This document shows positions 1-8,145 of a stretch of 44,458 nucleotides of DNA, one piece after another. Source of the DNA: an uncultured Ruminococcus sp. (GTDB lineage Bacteria > Bacillota > Clostridia > Oscillospirales > CAG-272). The stretch is from the NCBI GenBank assembly GCA_964474245.1, contig CAYYRY010000001.1:222-44679 (forward strand), written 5' to 3'. Positions within the stretch are counted from its first letter, which is position 1, and the number at the start of each line of letters is the position of its first letter. Under the pieces are notes generated by a model. That model saw only the letters and a program-made list of their open reading frames with translations, was not told the DNA's origin and did no database searches. The translations under genes and the position numbers were made by a program.

Positions 1-1
1 C

Positions 2-580
2 ATCTACGTAACCCACGATCAAGAGGAGGCTCTCTCCATGTCTGATACCGTGGTCGTTATGAATAAAGGTAAGATCCAGCAGATCGGTACTCCCATCGAT
101 ATCTACAACGAGCCTAAGAATGCCTTTGTTGCCGACTTCATCGGTGAGAGTAACATCATCGACGGTGTCATGGACGATGACTATCAGGCAACGTTTGCAG
201 GGTACACCTTCAAATGTCTCGACTCCGGCTTTGCCCCCGGAGAAGAGGTAGACGTAGTAGTGCGTCCCGAGGACGTTGATATCGTGTCTCCCGAACGCGG
301 TATGGTACAGGGTGTCGTCACATCCGTAACCTTCCGCGGTGTGCATTTCGAGATCATCGTAGACGTCTGCGGCTTCAAATGGATGATCCAGACAACAGAC
401 GAGCATCACGAGGGCGACACAGTCGGCCTGTTCGTCGAGCCTGATGCCATCCATATCATGAAGAAGAGCGAATACTCAGGGCTTTACGGAGACTACAGCT
501 CCTACAGCGATGAGCTCGATGCTCTCAGCGATCCCCACGACGGCGAAGAAGACGACGAGGAGGAGAGTGACGACGAATGA
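2..580 (+). CDS. potA: Spermidine/putrescine ABC transporter ATP-binding protein PotA, C-terminal part (5' end upstream of window)
   Basis: The frame is open from base 2 (IYVTHDQEEALSMSDTVVVM, the ABC D-loop/H-loop region) and continues into listed ORF 38..580. It has a C-terminal regulatory domain and an acidic tail, and its stop overlaps the potB start (ATGA). Confidence 0.85.
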   Translation: MYVTHDQEEALSMSDTVVVMNKGKIQQIGTPIDIYNEPKNAFVADFIGESNIIDGVMDDDYQATFAGYTFKCLDSGFAPGEEVDVVVRPEDVDIVSPERGMVQGVVTSVTFRGVHFEIIVDVCGFKWMIQTTDEHHEGDTVGLFVEPDAIHIMKKSEYSGLYGDYSSYSDELDALSDPHDGEEDDEEESDDE

Positions 581-1398
581 AAAAAAGATCCCTCGGACAA
601 ACGCTCGTTGCGTGTCCCTACTATCTGTGGGCAGTGATCTTCGTTGTCGTTCCCGTATTCGTAGTCATCTACTATGCATTCACGGATTCCTCCGGCAACT
701 TCACCTTTGCCAATATCGGTGAGCTGAAAAATTACGCCGACGTATTCCTTCTCTCCATTGTTTATTCACTTATTGCAACGCTCATCACTCTTATTATTGC
801 ATATCCTTTCGCTTATGTCATAAGCAGAAAGCCCGCATCCACGCAGAGAGTCATGTATATGCTGGTCATGCTTCCCCAATGGATGAACCTGCTTATCCGT
901 ACATATTCGTGGATGAATATACTTGAAAAGAACGGTCTCCTCAATAACATTCTCGGCGTTATGGGAATGGATCCCCTCAAGATGGTCGGTACTCCCGGTG
1001 CAGTAATATTCGGTATGATATATAACTATCTGCCATATATGATCCTCCCCATATACACGGTAATGTCAAAGATCGATACCTCTCTCCTTGAAAGCGCAGA
1101 GGACCTTGGTTCAAACGCACTTTCAAAGCTCCGCCGTGTCATCCTGCCCCTAAGCATCCCCGGAGTTATCTCCGGCATCACCATGGTGTTCGTGCCCTCC
1201 GTATCCACCTTCTATATTTCTCAGAAGCTCGGCGGCGGAAAGATACTCCTTGTCGGTGACACCATTGAGAGACAGATACAGATGAACTATAACTACAACC
1301 TCGGAGCCGCCATGTCCCTTGTGCTCATGGTATTTATCCTCATAAGCATGGCTATCGTCAACCGCATAGGCGGTGACAATGAAGAGATCATTATGTGA
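577..1398 (+). CDS. potB: Spermidine/putrescine ABC transporter permease PotB
   Basis: Multi-TM protein with an EAA-type loop (LESAEDLGSNALSKLRRVILPLSIPG), placed between potA and potC. Confidence 0.85.
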   Translation: MKKRSLGQTLVACPYYLWAVIFVVVPVFVVIYYAFTDSSGNFTFANIGELKNYADVFLLSIVYSLIATLITLIIAYPFAYVISRKPASTQRVMYMLVMLPQWMNLLIRTYSWMNILEKNGLLNNILGVMGMDPLKMVGTPGAVIFGMIYNYLPYMILPIYTVMSKIDTSLLESAEDLGSNALSKLRRVILPLSIPGVISGITMVFVPSVSTFYISQKLGGGKILLVGDTIERQIQMNYNYNLGAAMSLVLMVFILISMAIVNRIGGDNEEIIM

Positions 1399-1411
1399 GG
1401 AGGGTGATAGA

Positions 1412-3376
1412 ATGAAAAAGCATTTGGGTAATATTTTCACCTCCCTCGTATACATACTTCTGTATGCCCCTCTTCTCGTGATGGTGTTCTTCTCATTCAA
1501 TGAGTCAAAAAGCACCTCCGTATTTTCTGGTTTCTCCCTTCGTTGGTACCGCGAGCTGTTTTCCAGCAGTGATACTGTAACCGCACTGAAAAACACTCTC
1601 ATCCTTGCAGTAGCCTCCGCTGTGATCGCAACGATCCTCGGCACAGCTGCCGCAGTAGGCATATGGAATCTGAAAAACCGCACTGCAAGAAGTACGGTCA
1701 TGACAGTCACCAACATACCCATGATGAACCCCGAGATCGTAACCGGCGTATCAATGATGCTCCTCTTCGTTTTCGTGGGAAGACTCATCGGTGCCGCTGA
1801 ATATCTCAGCTTCTGGACACTTCTCATAGCCCATATCACCTTCAACCTCCCATACGTCATCCTGAACGTCCTTCCAAAGCTCCGACAGACGGATAAGTAT
1901 CTGTCCGAAGCCGCAATGGACCTCGGCAGCACTCCCCTGCAGGCATTCTTCAAGGTAGTAATGCCTCAGGCGTATTCCGGCATTGTTTCGGGATTTATCA
2001 TGGCGTTCACCCTGTCCCTTGATGACTTCGTCATCAGCTATTACACAAACGGAGCAAATTTCCAGACACTCCCTCTGAAGATATTCGCAATGACGAAAAA
2101 GACCGTAAAGCCCGATATGTATGCACTTTCCAGTCTCATATTCGTGGTGGTCCTCCTCCTTCTCGTCCTTTCCAACCTCATCAGTGCCAAGGATGAAGCT
2201 GTAAACAACAAGAAAAAGAGAAAGTCCTCATCAAGCGTTCCCCGCAAGGTGGGTATCGTCATCTGTGCTGTCCTCCTCGTATCCCTCATTCCCCTCGGAA
2301 TGTTTCTCGGCAAAGGTACAGCAGACAACGGCGAGCTACCCATTGAAGGAAACTACCATATAGATTCACAAACGGGACTTTCCAAATATGCAGGAACGAC
2401 TATCAACGTATTTAACTGGGGAGAATATATCTCGGACGGTTCCGACGGTACACTGGATGTAAACGCCGAATTTGAGCGCATAACGGGTATAAAGGTCAAC
2501 TATCAGAATTTCGACTCCAACGAGTCCATGTACGCAAAGCTGAAAAGCGGCGCAGTATCATACGACGTGGTTATCCCCTCGGATTACATGATCGAGAGAC
2601 TCAAGAACGAAGGTATGCTGAGAGAACTTGATTTCTCCCTCATCGATAACTATGAGTACATCGACGAGAAGTACAAGAACCTGTACTTTGACGAAAACAA
2701 CGAGTACACAGTTCCTTATAACGTAGGTATGATCGGTCTTATATATAATAAGGACATGGTAGAAGAGGAACCCGACAGCTGGAACGTCATGTGGGATGAG
2801 AGATACCGTGATAACATCCTCACCTTCAATAATCCCCGTGATGCCTTTGCCATAGCCCAGCTCCTCTTAGGCATTGACCTGAATACAACAGACGCCACAG
2901 AATGGCAGCGCGCCGCAGATAAGCTCAAAGAGCAGAACAAGCTCCTCCAGGGAAGAGTCATGGACGAGGTGTTCAATAAAATGCAGGGCGGAAACGCAGC
3001 CATCACTCCGTATTACGCAGGCGACTTCCTTACCATGAATGAGATAAACCCCTCCCTTTCTTTCGTATATCCCAAGGAAGGAACAAACATCTTCGTTGAC
3101 TCTATGTGTGTCCCCACCTCCTGCAGAAACTACGAAGCGGCAATGCTGTATATCAATTTCATGCTTGAGCCTGAGATCGCTCTTGCAAATGCAGAGTATA
3201 TCTGCTATGCGTCCCCCAATACCTCAGTTATCGAGAACGAGGACTATTGCTTCTATGGGAACGAGATACTCTACCCCGCAGAAGAAGATATGCCCGAGGT
3301 ACAATATTACCACGACATGGACGATGAGACCCGTAAACTTTACAACGCATTATGGGAAGACGTAGTCAATGACTGA
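1412..3376 (+). CDS. Fused PotC permease / PotD polyamine-binding protein
   Basis: The start is taken at ATG 1412, preceded by GAGGAGGG. The N-terminal half is a permease with an EAA loop (SEAAMDLGSTPLQAFFKVVMPQ). A K-rich linker (NNKKKRKSSSS) and one extra TM segment follow. The C-terminal roughly 350 aa are PotD-like (INVFNWGEYI, YDVVIPSDYM), all in one uninterrupted frame. Confidence 0.8.
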   Translation: MKKHLGNIFTSLVYILLYAPLLVMVFFSFNESKSTSVFSGFSLRWYRELFSSSDTVTALKNTLILAVASAVIATILGTAAAVGIWNLKNRTARSTVMTVTNIPMMNPEIVTGVSMMLLFVFVGRLIGAAEYLSFWTLLIAHITFNLPYVILNVLPKLRQTDKYLSEAAMDLGSTPLQAFFKVVMPQAYSGIVSGFIMAFTLSLDDFVISYYTNGANFQTLPLKIFAMTKKTVKPDMYALSSLIFVVVLLLLVLSNLISAKDEAVNNKKKRKSSSSVPRKVGIVICAVLLVSLIPLGMFLGKGTADNGELPIEGNYHIDSQTGLSKYAGTTINVFNWGEYISDGSDGTLDVNAEFERITGIKVNYQNFDSNESMYAKLKSGAVSYDVVIPSDYMIERLKNEGMLRELDFSLIDNYEYIDEKYKNLYFDENNEYTVPYNVGMIGLIYNKDMVEEEPDSWNVMWDERYRDNILTFNNPRDAFAIAQLLLGIDLNTTDATEWQRAADKLKEQNKLLQGRVMDEVFNKMQGGNAAITPYYAGDFLTMNEINPSLSFVYPKEGTNIFVDSMCVPTSCRNYEAAMLYINFMLEPEIALANAEYICYASPNTSVIENEDYCFYGNEILYPAEEDMPEVQYYHDMDDETRKLYNALWEDVVND

Positions 3377-3416
3377 CGTCTTAAGCATCTCAACTTAAGA
3401 ACACATCTGACCTGAC

Positions 3417-3444
3417 GGGGAGAAGCTTTGCTGAGTTTCTCCCC
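3417..3444 (+). terminator. Stem-loop after potCD (GGGGAGAA / TTCTCCCC)
   Basis: An 8-bp GC-rich stem with a 12-nt loop lies 40 nt after the stop. The downstream T-tract is weak. Confidence 0.45.
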
Positions 3445-3507
3445 ACAATGGCGAATATTTATTTTCTATACCGTAACAAATCAAAAGACAAGGCATGGTC
3501 ATTATCA

Positions 3508-4359
3508 ATGGAAAGAGATTTTCTTACCGAGCTTGAAACATCGCTCGGCAATATGTCAAAAAGGCAGAGAGCTATTGCCGACTATATCCTTGAAAAAGGC
3601 GCCATGGCAGCTCATGAAACAGCCGCTGCTCTTGCCGCTGACACAGGCGTATCCGAATCCACCGTGGTACGTTTTGCCGTTTTCATGGGATATGACGGTT
3701 ATCCAATGATGCAGAAGGCACTTCGTTCCTCCCTCCGGAAGAGAATGACCACAGTCGAGCGTATAGACGACGTAAATCTCCGCGTAAAAGAGGAAATGAT
3801 ACTTGACGGAGTCCTCGACGGAGACGCTGAGATGATACTGTCAGCCAAGCAGGAGATAGACCGCGAAGCCTTCGTAAGATGCGTGGATATGCTGATAGGC
3901 GCCAAAAAGGTGTACATCGTCGGTATGCGCTCATCATCCGTACTTGCCCAGTTCATGAACTACTACCTCCGACTTCTCCTCGACAACGTCACCCTCGTAT
4001 GTCCCTCGGGAGGCGGAGAGGTGTTTGAATATCTGGTAAATCTCTCATCCGACGACGTGGTATTCGCCATATCTTACCCAAGATATTCTTCGGGAACCAT
4101 TCGTGCCGCAGAGTTTGCAAAGAGAAGAGGGGCCGGAGTAATCGTACTTACAGACAGCGAAAGCTCCCCCATAGCCTCCATGGCAGACTCCGTGCTGGCT
4201 GCAAAAAGCGAGATGGTCTCATTCGTTGACTCTCTTGTTGCCCCTATGAGCATAATCAATGCCATAATCGCCTATATAGGCAAGAAACGCCCCGAGATCG
4301 CTGACAAGTTCCGCCTTCTTGAGGACGTGTGGAACGAATATAAAGTATACTCAAAATAA
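3508..4359 (+). CDS. RpiR/MurR-family transcriptional regulator (HTH + SIS domain)
   Basis: The N-terminal HTH (KRQRAIADYILEKG...TGVSESTVVRF) and C-terminal SIS fold (KVYIVGMRSS) fit the family. I prefer the start at 3508 because ATG 3448 abuts the upstream terminator stem. Confidence 0.8.
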   Translation: MERDFLTELETSLGNMSKRQRAIADYILEKGAMAAHETAAALAADTGVSESTVVRFAVFMGYDGYPMMQKALRSSLRKRMTTVERIDDVNLRVKEEMILDGVLDGDAEMILSAKQEIDREAFVRCVDMLIGAKKVYIVGMRSSSVLAQFMNYYLRLLLDNVTLVCPSGGGEVFEYLVNLSSDDVVFAISYPRYSSGTIRAAEFAKRRGAGVIVLTDSESSPIASMADSVLAAKSEMVSFVDSLVAPMSIINAIIAYIGKKRPEIADKFRLLEDVWNEYKVYSK

Positions 4360-4381
4360 CTGACGAAAGGAGCGCACACCA

Positions 4382-5317
4382 TTGCTTGACGTATGTCTGA
4401 TGGGCTGCGGCGGCAGTATACCAAAACCCGATCGCTGGCTCACCTCTGCACTCATGCGCTACGGCGGAGAGACCCTCATAATAGATTGCGGCGAAGGAAC
4501 CCAGCTTGCTATGAAGGAAGCAGGATTCGTGGCAGGTAAGATAGCTCTCATACTCTTGACTCATTTTCACGCAGATCACGTAAGCGGTCTTCCCGGTATG
4601 CTTCTTTCCATGGCTAACGAAGGACGAACCGATCCCGTGACCATAGCAGGTCCCAAAGGTACCGCCCGCATAGTATCCTCCCTTTGCGTGATAGCTCAGG
4701 GACTTCCATTCAGTATAGTGATCTACGAATTTCCAAACAGCGGCGGAGAGCTTCCGTACGAATACCTCCCCGTAAATTCCAACGCAGGTGACCCCATGCA
4801 CGTCACCGCATATCCCGCCCGCCATTCAATGCCCTGTCTCGGCTACAGAGTCTCCATTCCCAGAAGGGGTAAATTCGACCCCGTCCGTGCAAAGGAGGCA
4901 TCCATCCCCGTAAAGCTGTGGGGCAGACTCCAAAAGGGCGAGACCGTGGAAGAAAACGGAGTCACCTACACCCCCGACATGGTAATGGGTGCTGAACGTC
5001 GTGGCCTTGACGTAAGCTACGTCACTGACACACGTCCCACCGACGAGATCATCGAAGCCGTAAGAGGCAGTGACCTTTTGATATGCGAGGGTATGTTCGG
5101 CGACGATAAGCTCGAAAGGGCGAGAAAATCCCGCCACATGACGGCGTCAGAGGCGGCAACCATCGCAAAACGCGCAGAGGTCGGCGAGCTGTGGCTCACT
5201 CATTACAGCCCATCAATGCCCGATCCTGCGGAAAGCACCAAAGAAGCACGAAGAATCTTCCCCGCTACCCAAGCAGGATTTGACGGAAAGCATGTGCTCC
5301 TCCGTTTCCCGGACTGA
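4382..5317 (+). CDS. rnz: Ribonuclease Z / MBL-fold hydrolase
   Basis: It has the HFHADH metallo-beta-lactamase motif, a length of about 310 aa, and a TTG start preceded by AAGGAG. Confidence 0.75.
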   Translation: MLDVCLMGCGGSIPKPDRWLTSALMRYGGETLIIDCGEGTQLAMKEAGFVAGKIALILLTHFHADHVSGLPGMLLSMANEGRTDPVTIAGPKGTARIVSSLCVIAQGLPFSIVIYEFPNSGGELPYEYLPVNSNAGDPMHVTAYPARHSMPCLGYRVSIPRRGKFDPVRAKEASIPVKLWGRLQKGETVEENGVTYTPDMVMGAERRGLDVSYVTDTRPTDEIIEAVRGSDLLICEGMFGDDKLERARKSRHMTASEAATIAKRAEVGELWLTHYSPSMPDPAESTKEARRIFPATQAGFDGKHVLLRFPD

Positions 5318-5330
5318 CGGGAGGCTTGTA

Positions 5331-6314
5331 ATGGACTACAGATTTGACATACCTGACGAGAGCTGTGTGATCATCACTGCCGACGATAGTAATATCGGTA
5401 AGCGTGCCGATCAGGCGGCAGCCGCGGCGTGTGAGGGAGCCGGTCTTCCCATTACCCGTTCCGCCGTACAAAAGCTGACAGATGCAGGTGCACTCACCAA
5501 AGACGGTGTCCCCGTCACAAAAAAATATAAACTTGCCGTGGGAGATACCCTCGTTTTGACTCTCCCCGAGCCTGAACCTCTTGATGTAAAAGCGGAAAAC
5601 ATTCCTCTCGACGTTGTCTACGAGGACAGCGACATAATCGTAGTAAACAAGCCTCAGGGAATGGTCGTACATCCCGCCCCGGGGCACACAGACGGTACCC
5701 TTGTATCAGCTCTACTTTACCATTGCGGCACATCCCTGTCAGGCATCGGAGGCGTAATGCGCCCCGGAATCGTACACCGAATAGACAAAGATACCTCAGG
5801 TCTCATATGCATCGCCAAAAACGACGGTGCACATCTGTCTCTGTCCGCGCAGCTTAAGGATCACTCCATGCGCCGTACCTACGAAGCCATCTGCATCGGC
5901 AGACTCCCAGAACGGAAAGGCAGAGTGGATGCTCCCCTCGGAAGAAGCAAAAGCGACCGCAAAAAAATGGCTGTCCGTGCAGACGGAAAGCCGGCAGCTA
6001 CAAATTATGAGGTACTTGCCGAATATACTCCCAGGGAGGGAGGTGCTCTGACGCACCTGCGCCTCGTACTTGAAACGGGACGGACTCATCAGATAAGAGT
6101 TCATATGGCTCACATAGGTCATCCCCTGCTCGGTGACTTTGTTTACGGCGGTGGTGGAAGTCATTTTGAGAAGCATCATCCATCCCTCCTCGCGGGGCAA
6201 TGTCTCCATGCAGAACGTCTGGAACTGACCCACCCGACAAGCGGGAATGTGATGAAATTTACCGCTCCTAAGCCTGACACCTTCCAAAGAATACTGTCTC
6301 TTCTCAATGAGTGA
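5331..6314 (+). CDS. rluD: RluD-family 23S rRNA pseudouridine synthase
   Basis: It has an N-terminal S4-like domain, the catalytic HRIDKDTSGL motif and GRTHQIRVH. ATG 5331 is preceded by GGGAGG. Confidence 0.85.
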   Translation: MDYRFDIPDESCVIITADDSNIGKRADQAAAAACEGAGLPITRSAVQKLTDAGALTKDGVPVTKKYKLAVGDTLVLTLPEPEPLDVKAENIPLDVVYEDSDIIVVNKPQGMVVHPAPGHTDGTLVSALLYHCGTSLSGIGGVMRPGIVHRIDKDTSGLICIAKNDGAHLSLSAQLKDHSMRRTYEAICIGRLPERKGRVDAPLGRSKSDRKKMAVRADGKPAATNYEVLAEYTPREGGALTHLRLVLETGRTHQIRVHMAHIGHPLLGDFVYGGGGSHFEKHHPSLLAGQCLHAERLELTHPTSGNVMKFTAPKPDTFQRILSLLNE

Positions 6315-6376
6315 CGTATATCTTGCGTGTTTTTTCAAAAAACTCTCACAAAAAAGTGAAAAAAACATTTTTGCTA

Positions 6377-6405
6377 TTGCATTTGTAATTTATTTATGAT
6401 ACAAT
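6377..6405 (+). promoter_or_regulatory. Putative sigma-A promoter of secG (TTGCAT-17-TACAAT with TGn)
   Basis: The -35 is at 6377-6382 and the -10 at 6400-6405, with a 17-bp spacer and a TG at -15/-14. Confidence 0.45.
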
Positions 6406-6551
6406 AGTAAAGCTCAATTTGTAGTTTTGCTCGCCATGCTTCCAGAATGGCAAGTAAAACAAAAATAAAATTATAACAATTTAAATGATCGGGATATTGA
6501 GAAATGTGGACGCAACCCCATCTCCGTCCCTGATCGGAATGGAGATTTATC

Positions 6552-6950
6552 ATGGCAGTAGAAATGATCGTAATCAGCATCATACTTCTCGTAGCGGCTG
6601 TATTCCTTACCATTGCTATTCTTCTTCAGCACGGTAAGAGCCACAACCTTTCCGGTACTATCGCAGGCGCATCTGAAACATTCTTCGGTAAGAGCAAGGC
6701 AACAACTATCGACCGTAAGCTCTCTACTCTCACAACAGTAGTGGCTATCGTGTTCGTAGTACTTGTTCTCGTAGCATTCCTCATCCAGGGAACCGATACC
6801 ACAAGCACATCCGGCTCCACCACATCCGGCACAACAGCTGAGACCACCGCTGATACTGCAGACACAACTGCAGACACCGGTTCTGATACAACTGCTCCTG
6901 CTGATACAACTGCTCCCGTTGAGAGTGAAGCTGATACAACTGCTGAGTAA
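6552..6950 (+). CDS. secG: Preprotein translocase subunit SecG with low-complexity Thr/Ala/Asp tail
   Basis: Two TM helices flank the LLQHGKS...SGTIAG loop typical of SecG. GGAG lies 7 nt upstream of the ATG. The last 50 aa or so are T/A/D-rich. Confidence 0.75.
   Translation: MAVEMIVISIILLVAAVFLTIAILLQHGKSHNLSGTIAGASETFFGKSKATTIDRKLSTLTTVVAIVFVVLVLVAFLIQGTDTTSTSGSTTSGTTAETTADTADTTADTGSDTTAPADTTAPVESEADTTAE
6883..6944 (+). repeat. Three copies of CTGATACAACTGCT inside the secG tail
   Basis: The identical 14-mer occurs at 6883, 6901 and 6931, each time encoding the (A/S)DTTA unit. Confidence 0.9.
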
Positions 6951-6966
6951 TCAAGTAAAATAGTCA

Positions 6967-6995
6967 AAACCTGCCTCATGGCAGGTTTTTCTATT
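6967..6995. terminator. Bidirectional intrinsic terminator between secG and mglC
   Basis: AAACCTGCC-TCAT-GGCAGGTTT has a T-run downstream on the plus strand and an A-run upstream. Confidence 0.65.
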
Positions 6996-7044
6996 TGTCT
7001 TGACTCTATAAATCTCACATAAAGCAATAACCGTCACATACGGA

Positions 7045-8115
7045 TCATTTCTTCACGAGGTACTTTCTCATATCCAGCGCACAGGCAACAAGTATAATAA
7101 GTCCCTTGATAACGTACTGCATATTGGAATCTATTCTAAGGAACGTAAGTCCCACGAAAATGATCCTCAGAAGCACGACGCCCGTGATCACTCCGCGTAT
7201 CTTGCCGATACCGCCAACGAAGGACACTCCGCCGATAACGCACGCCGCGATGGCGTCAAGTTCATAGTTAAGACCCGTAGAGGCACTGTTTGAGCCTATT
7301 CTCGCAGCCTCGATAAATCCGGTAATACCGTACATGATACCGGCTAACATAAACACAAGTATTACAGTAGCACTCGTGTTTACTCCCGAAACCCGCGCCG
7401 CCTCCTCATTGGAGCCCACTGCAAACATATTCTTCCCGAAGGTGGTCTTGTTCCATATGACCCACATTACCACCACAACCACTGCTGAATATAAAACGTA
7501 GTTGGGCAGAGCCACGTCACCGAATCTTATAAGGCTTCCCGTAATGAATCGTGTATACCCTTCGTCAAGTCCGGATATGGACTGACCGTTATTGTCTCCA
7601 TTCATAAGGTACATGAGCAGGATACCGTATGTTATGAGCTGAGTTGCAAGGGTCACGATAAAAGGATGAAGATGAAACTTCGCCGTACAGAAGCCGTTGA
7701 TGAGACCTATGACGCCGCCTATACCTACGGTTATCAGAAAGACTAACCATATGGGCATGGTCTCAAGTGCGGGGAACATCTTCCCGGCATATCCCGTCAT
7801 CTGTAAAAGAGATGCAGATACACACGCCGTAAGTCCTACAACACGTCCCGCAGACAGGTCGGTTCCCGCAAGGATTATACACCCCGCAATACCGAGAGCA
7901 ATGGGAAGATTGGCTGCAGACAGGGATATAATATTCACTATGGACGGAAGAGACAGGAACATCGGGTTGAATATCTGTATCAGAATGATCGCCGCAATGA
8001 GGAATATATACAGCGAATTGTCGATGAGCATCTCCCGTCTGTACCTCTTTTTGTCCTCTCCGGACATTTCCCTGTATGCGTTTATCTTTGATAAAACAGA
8101 TTTAGATTTTTCCAT
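7045..8115 (-). CDS. mglC: Galactose/methyl-galactoside-type sugar ABC transporter permease
   Basis: A polytopic membrane protein downstream of mglA. I prefer the ATG at 8115 (MEKSK), which has GGAG upstream, over the GTG at 8121. Confidence 0.8.
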   Translation of the reverse strand: MEKSKSVLSKINAYREMSGEDKKRYRREMLIDNSLYIFLIAAIILIQIFNPMFLSLPSIVNIISLSAANLPIALGIAGCIILAGTDLSAGRVVGLTACVSASLLQMTGYAGKMFPALETMPIWLVFLITVGIGGVIGLINGFCTAKFHLHPFIVTLATQLITYGILLMYLMNGDNNGQSISGLDEGYTRFITGSLIRFGDVALPNYVLYSAVVVVVMWVIWNKTTFGKNMFAVGSNEEAARVSGVNTSATVILVFMLAGIMYGITGFIEAARIGSNSASTGLNYELDAIAACVIGGVSFVGGIGKIRGVITGVVLLRIIFVGLTFLRIDSNMQYVIKGLIILVACALDMRKYLVKK

Positions 8116-8145
8116 AAGCACTCCATAATTATTTATTGTAAAGCA

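Noticed and set aside
1150-1953. A 267-aa minus-strand ORF antisense to potB/potC. Similar long antisense ORFs lie at 4256..4825, 5796..6368, 16163..16735, 26228..27073 and 29158..29997.
   Set aside because: Each lies entirely opposite a gene with clear family motifs. They have no RBS, their composition is arginine/serine/cysteine-rich and low-complexity, and they show no recognisable domains. This is typical of shadow ORFs on the antisense strand of coding DNA.
3448-3507. An upstream start (ATG 3448) for the RpiR-family gene.
   Set aside because: ATG 3448 sits 3 nt after the potCD terminator stem and has no RBS. The extra 20 residues (MANIYFLYRNKSKDKAWSLS) are not part of the family HTH. 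I prefer 3508, although neither start has a strong SD.
6626-7027. A 133-aa minus-strand ORF with VVSA repeats.
   Set aside because: It is the mirror image of the SecG Thr/Ala/Asp repeat tail and runs through the bidirectional terminator. It is an artefact of the repeat.
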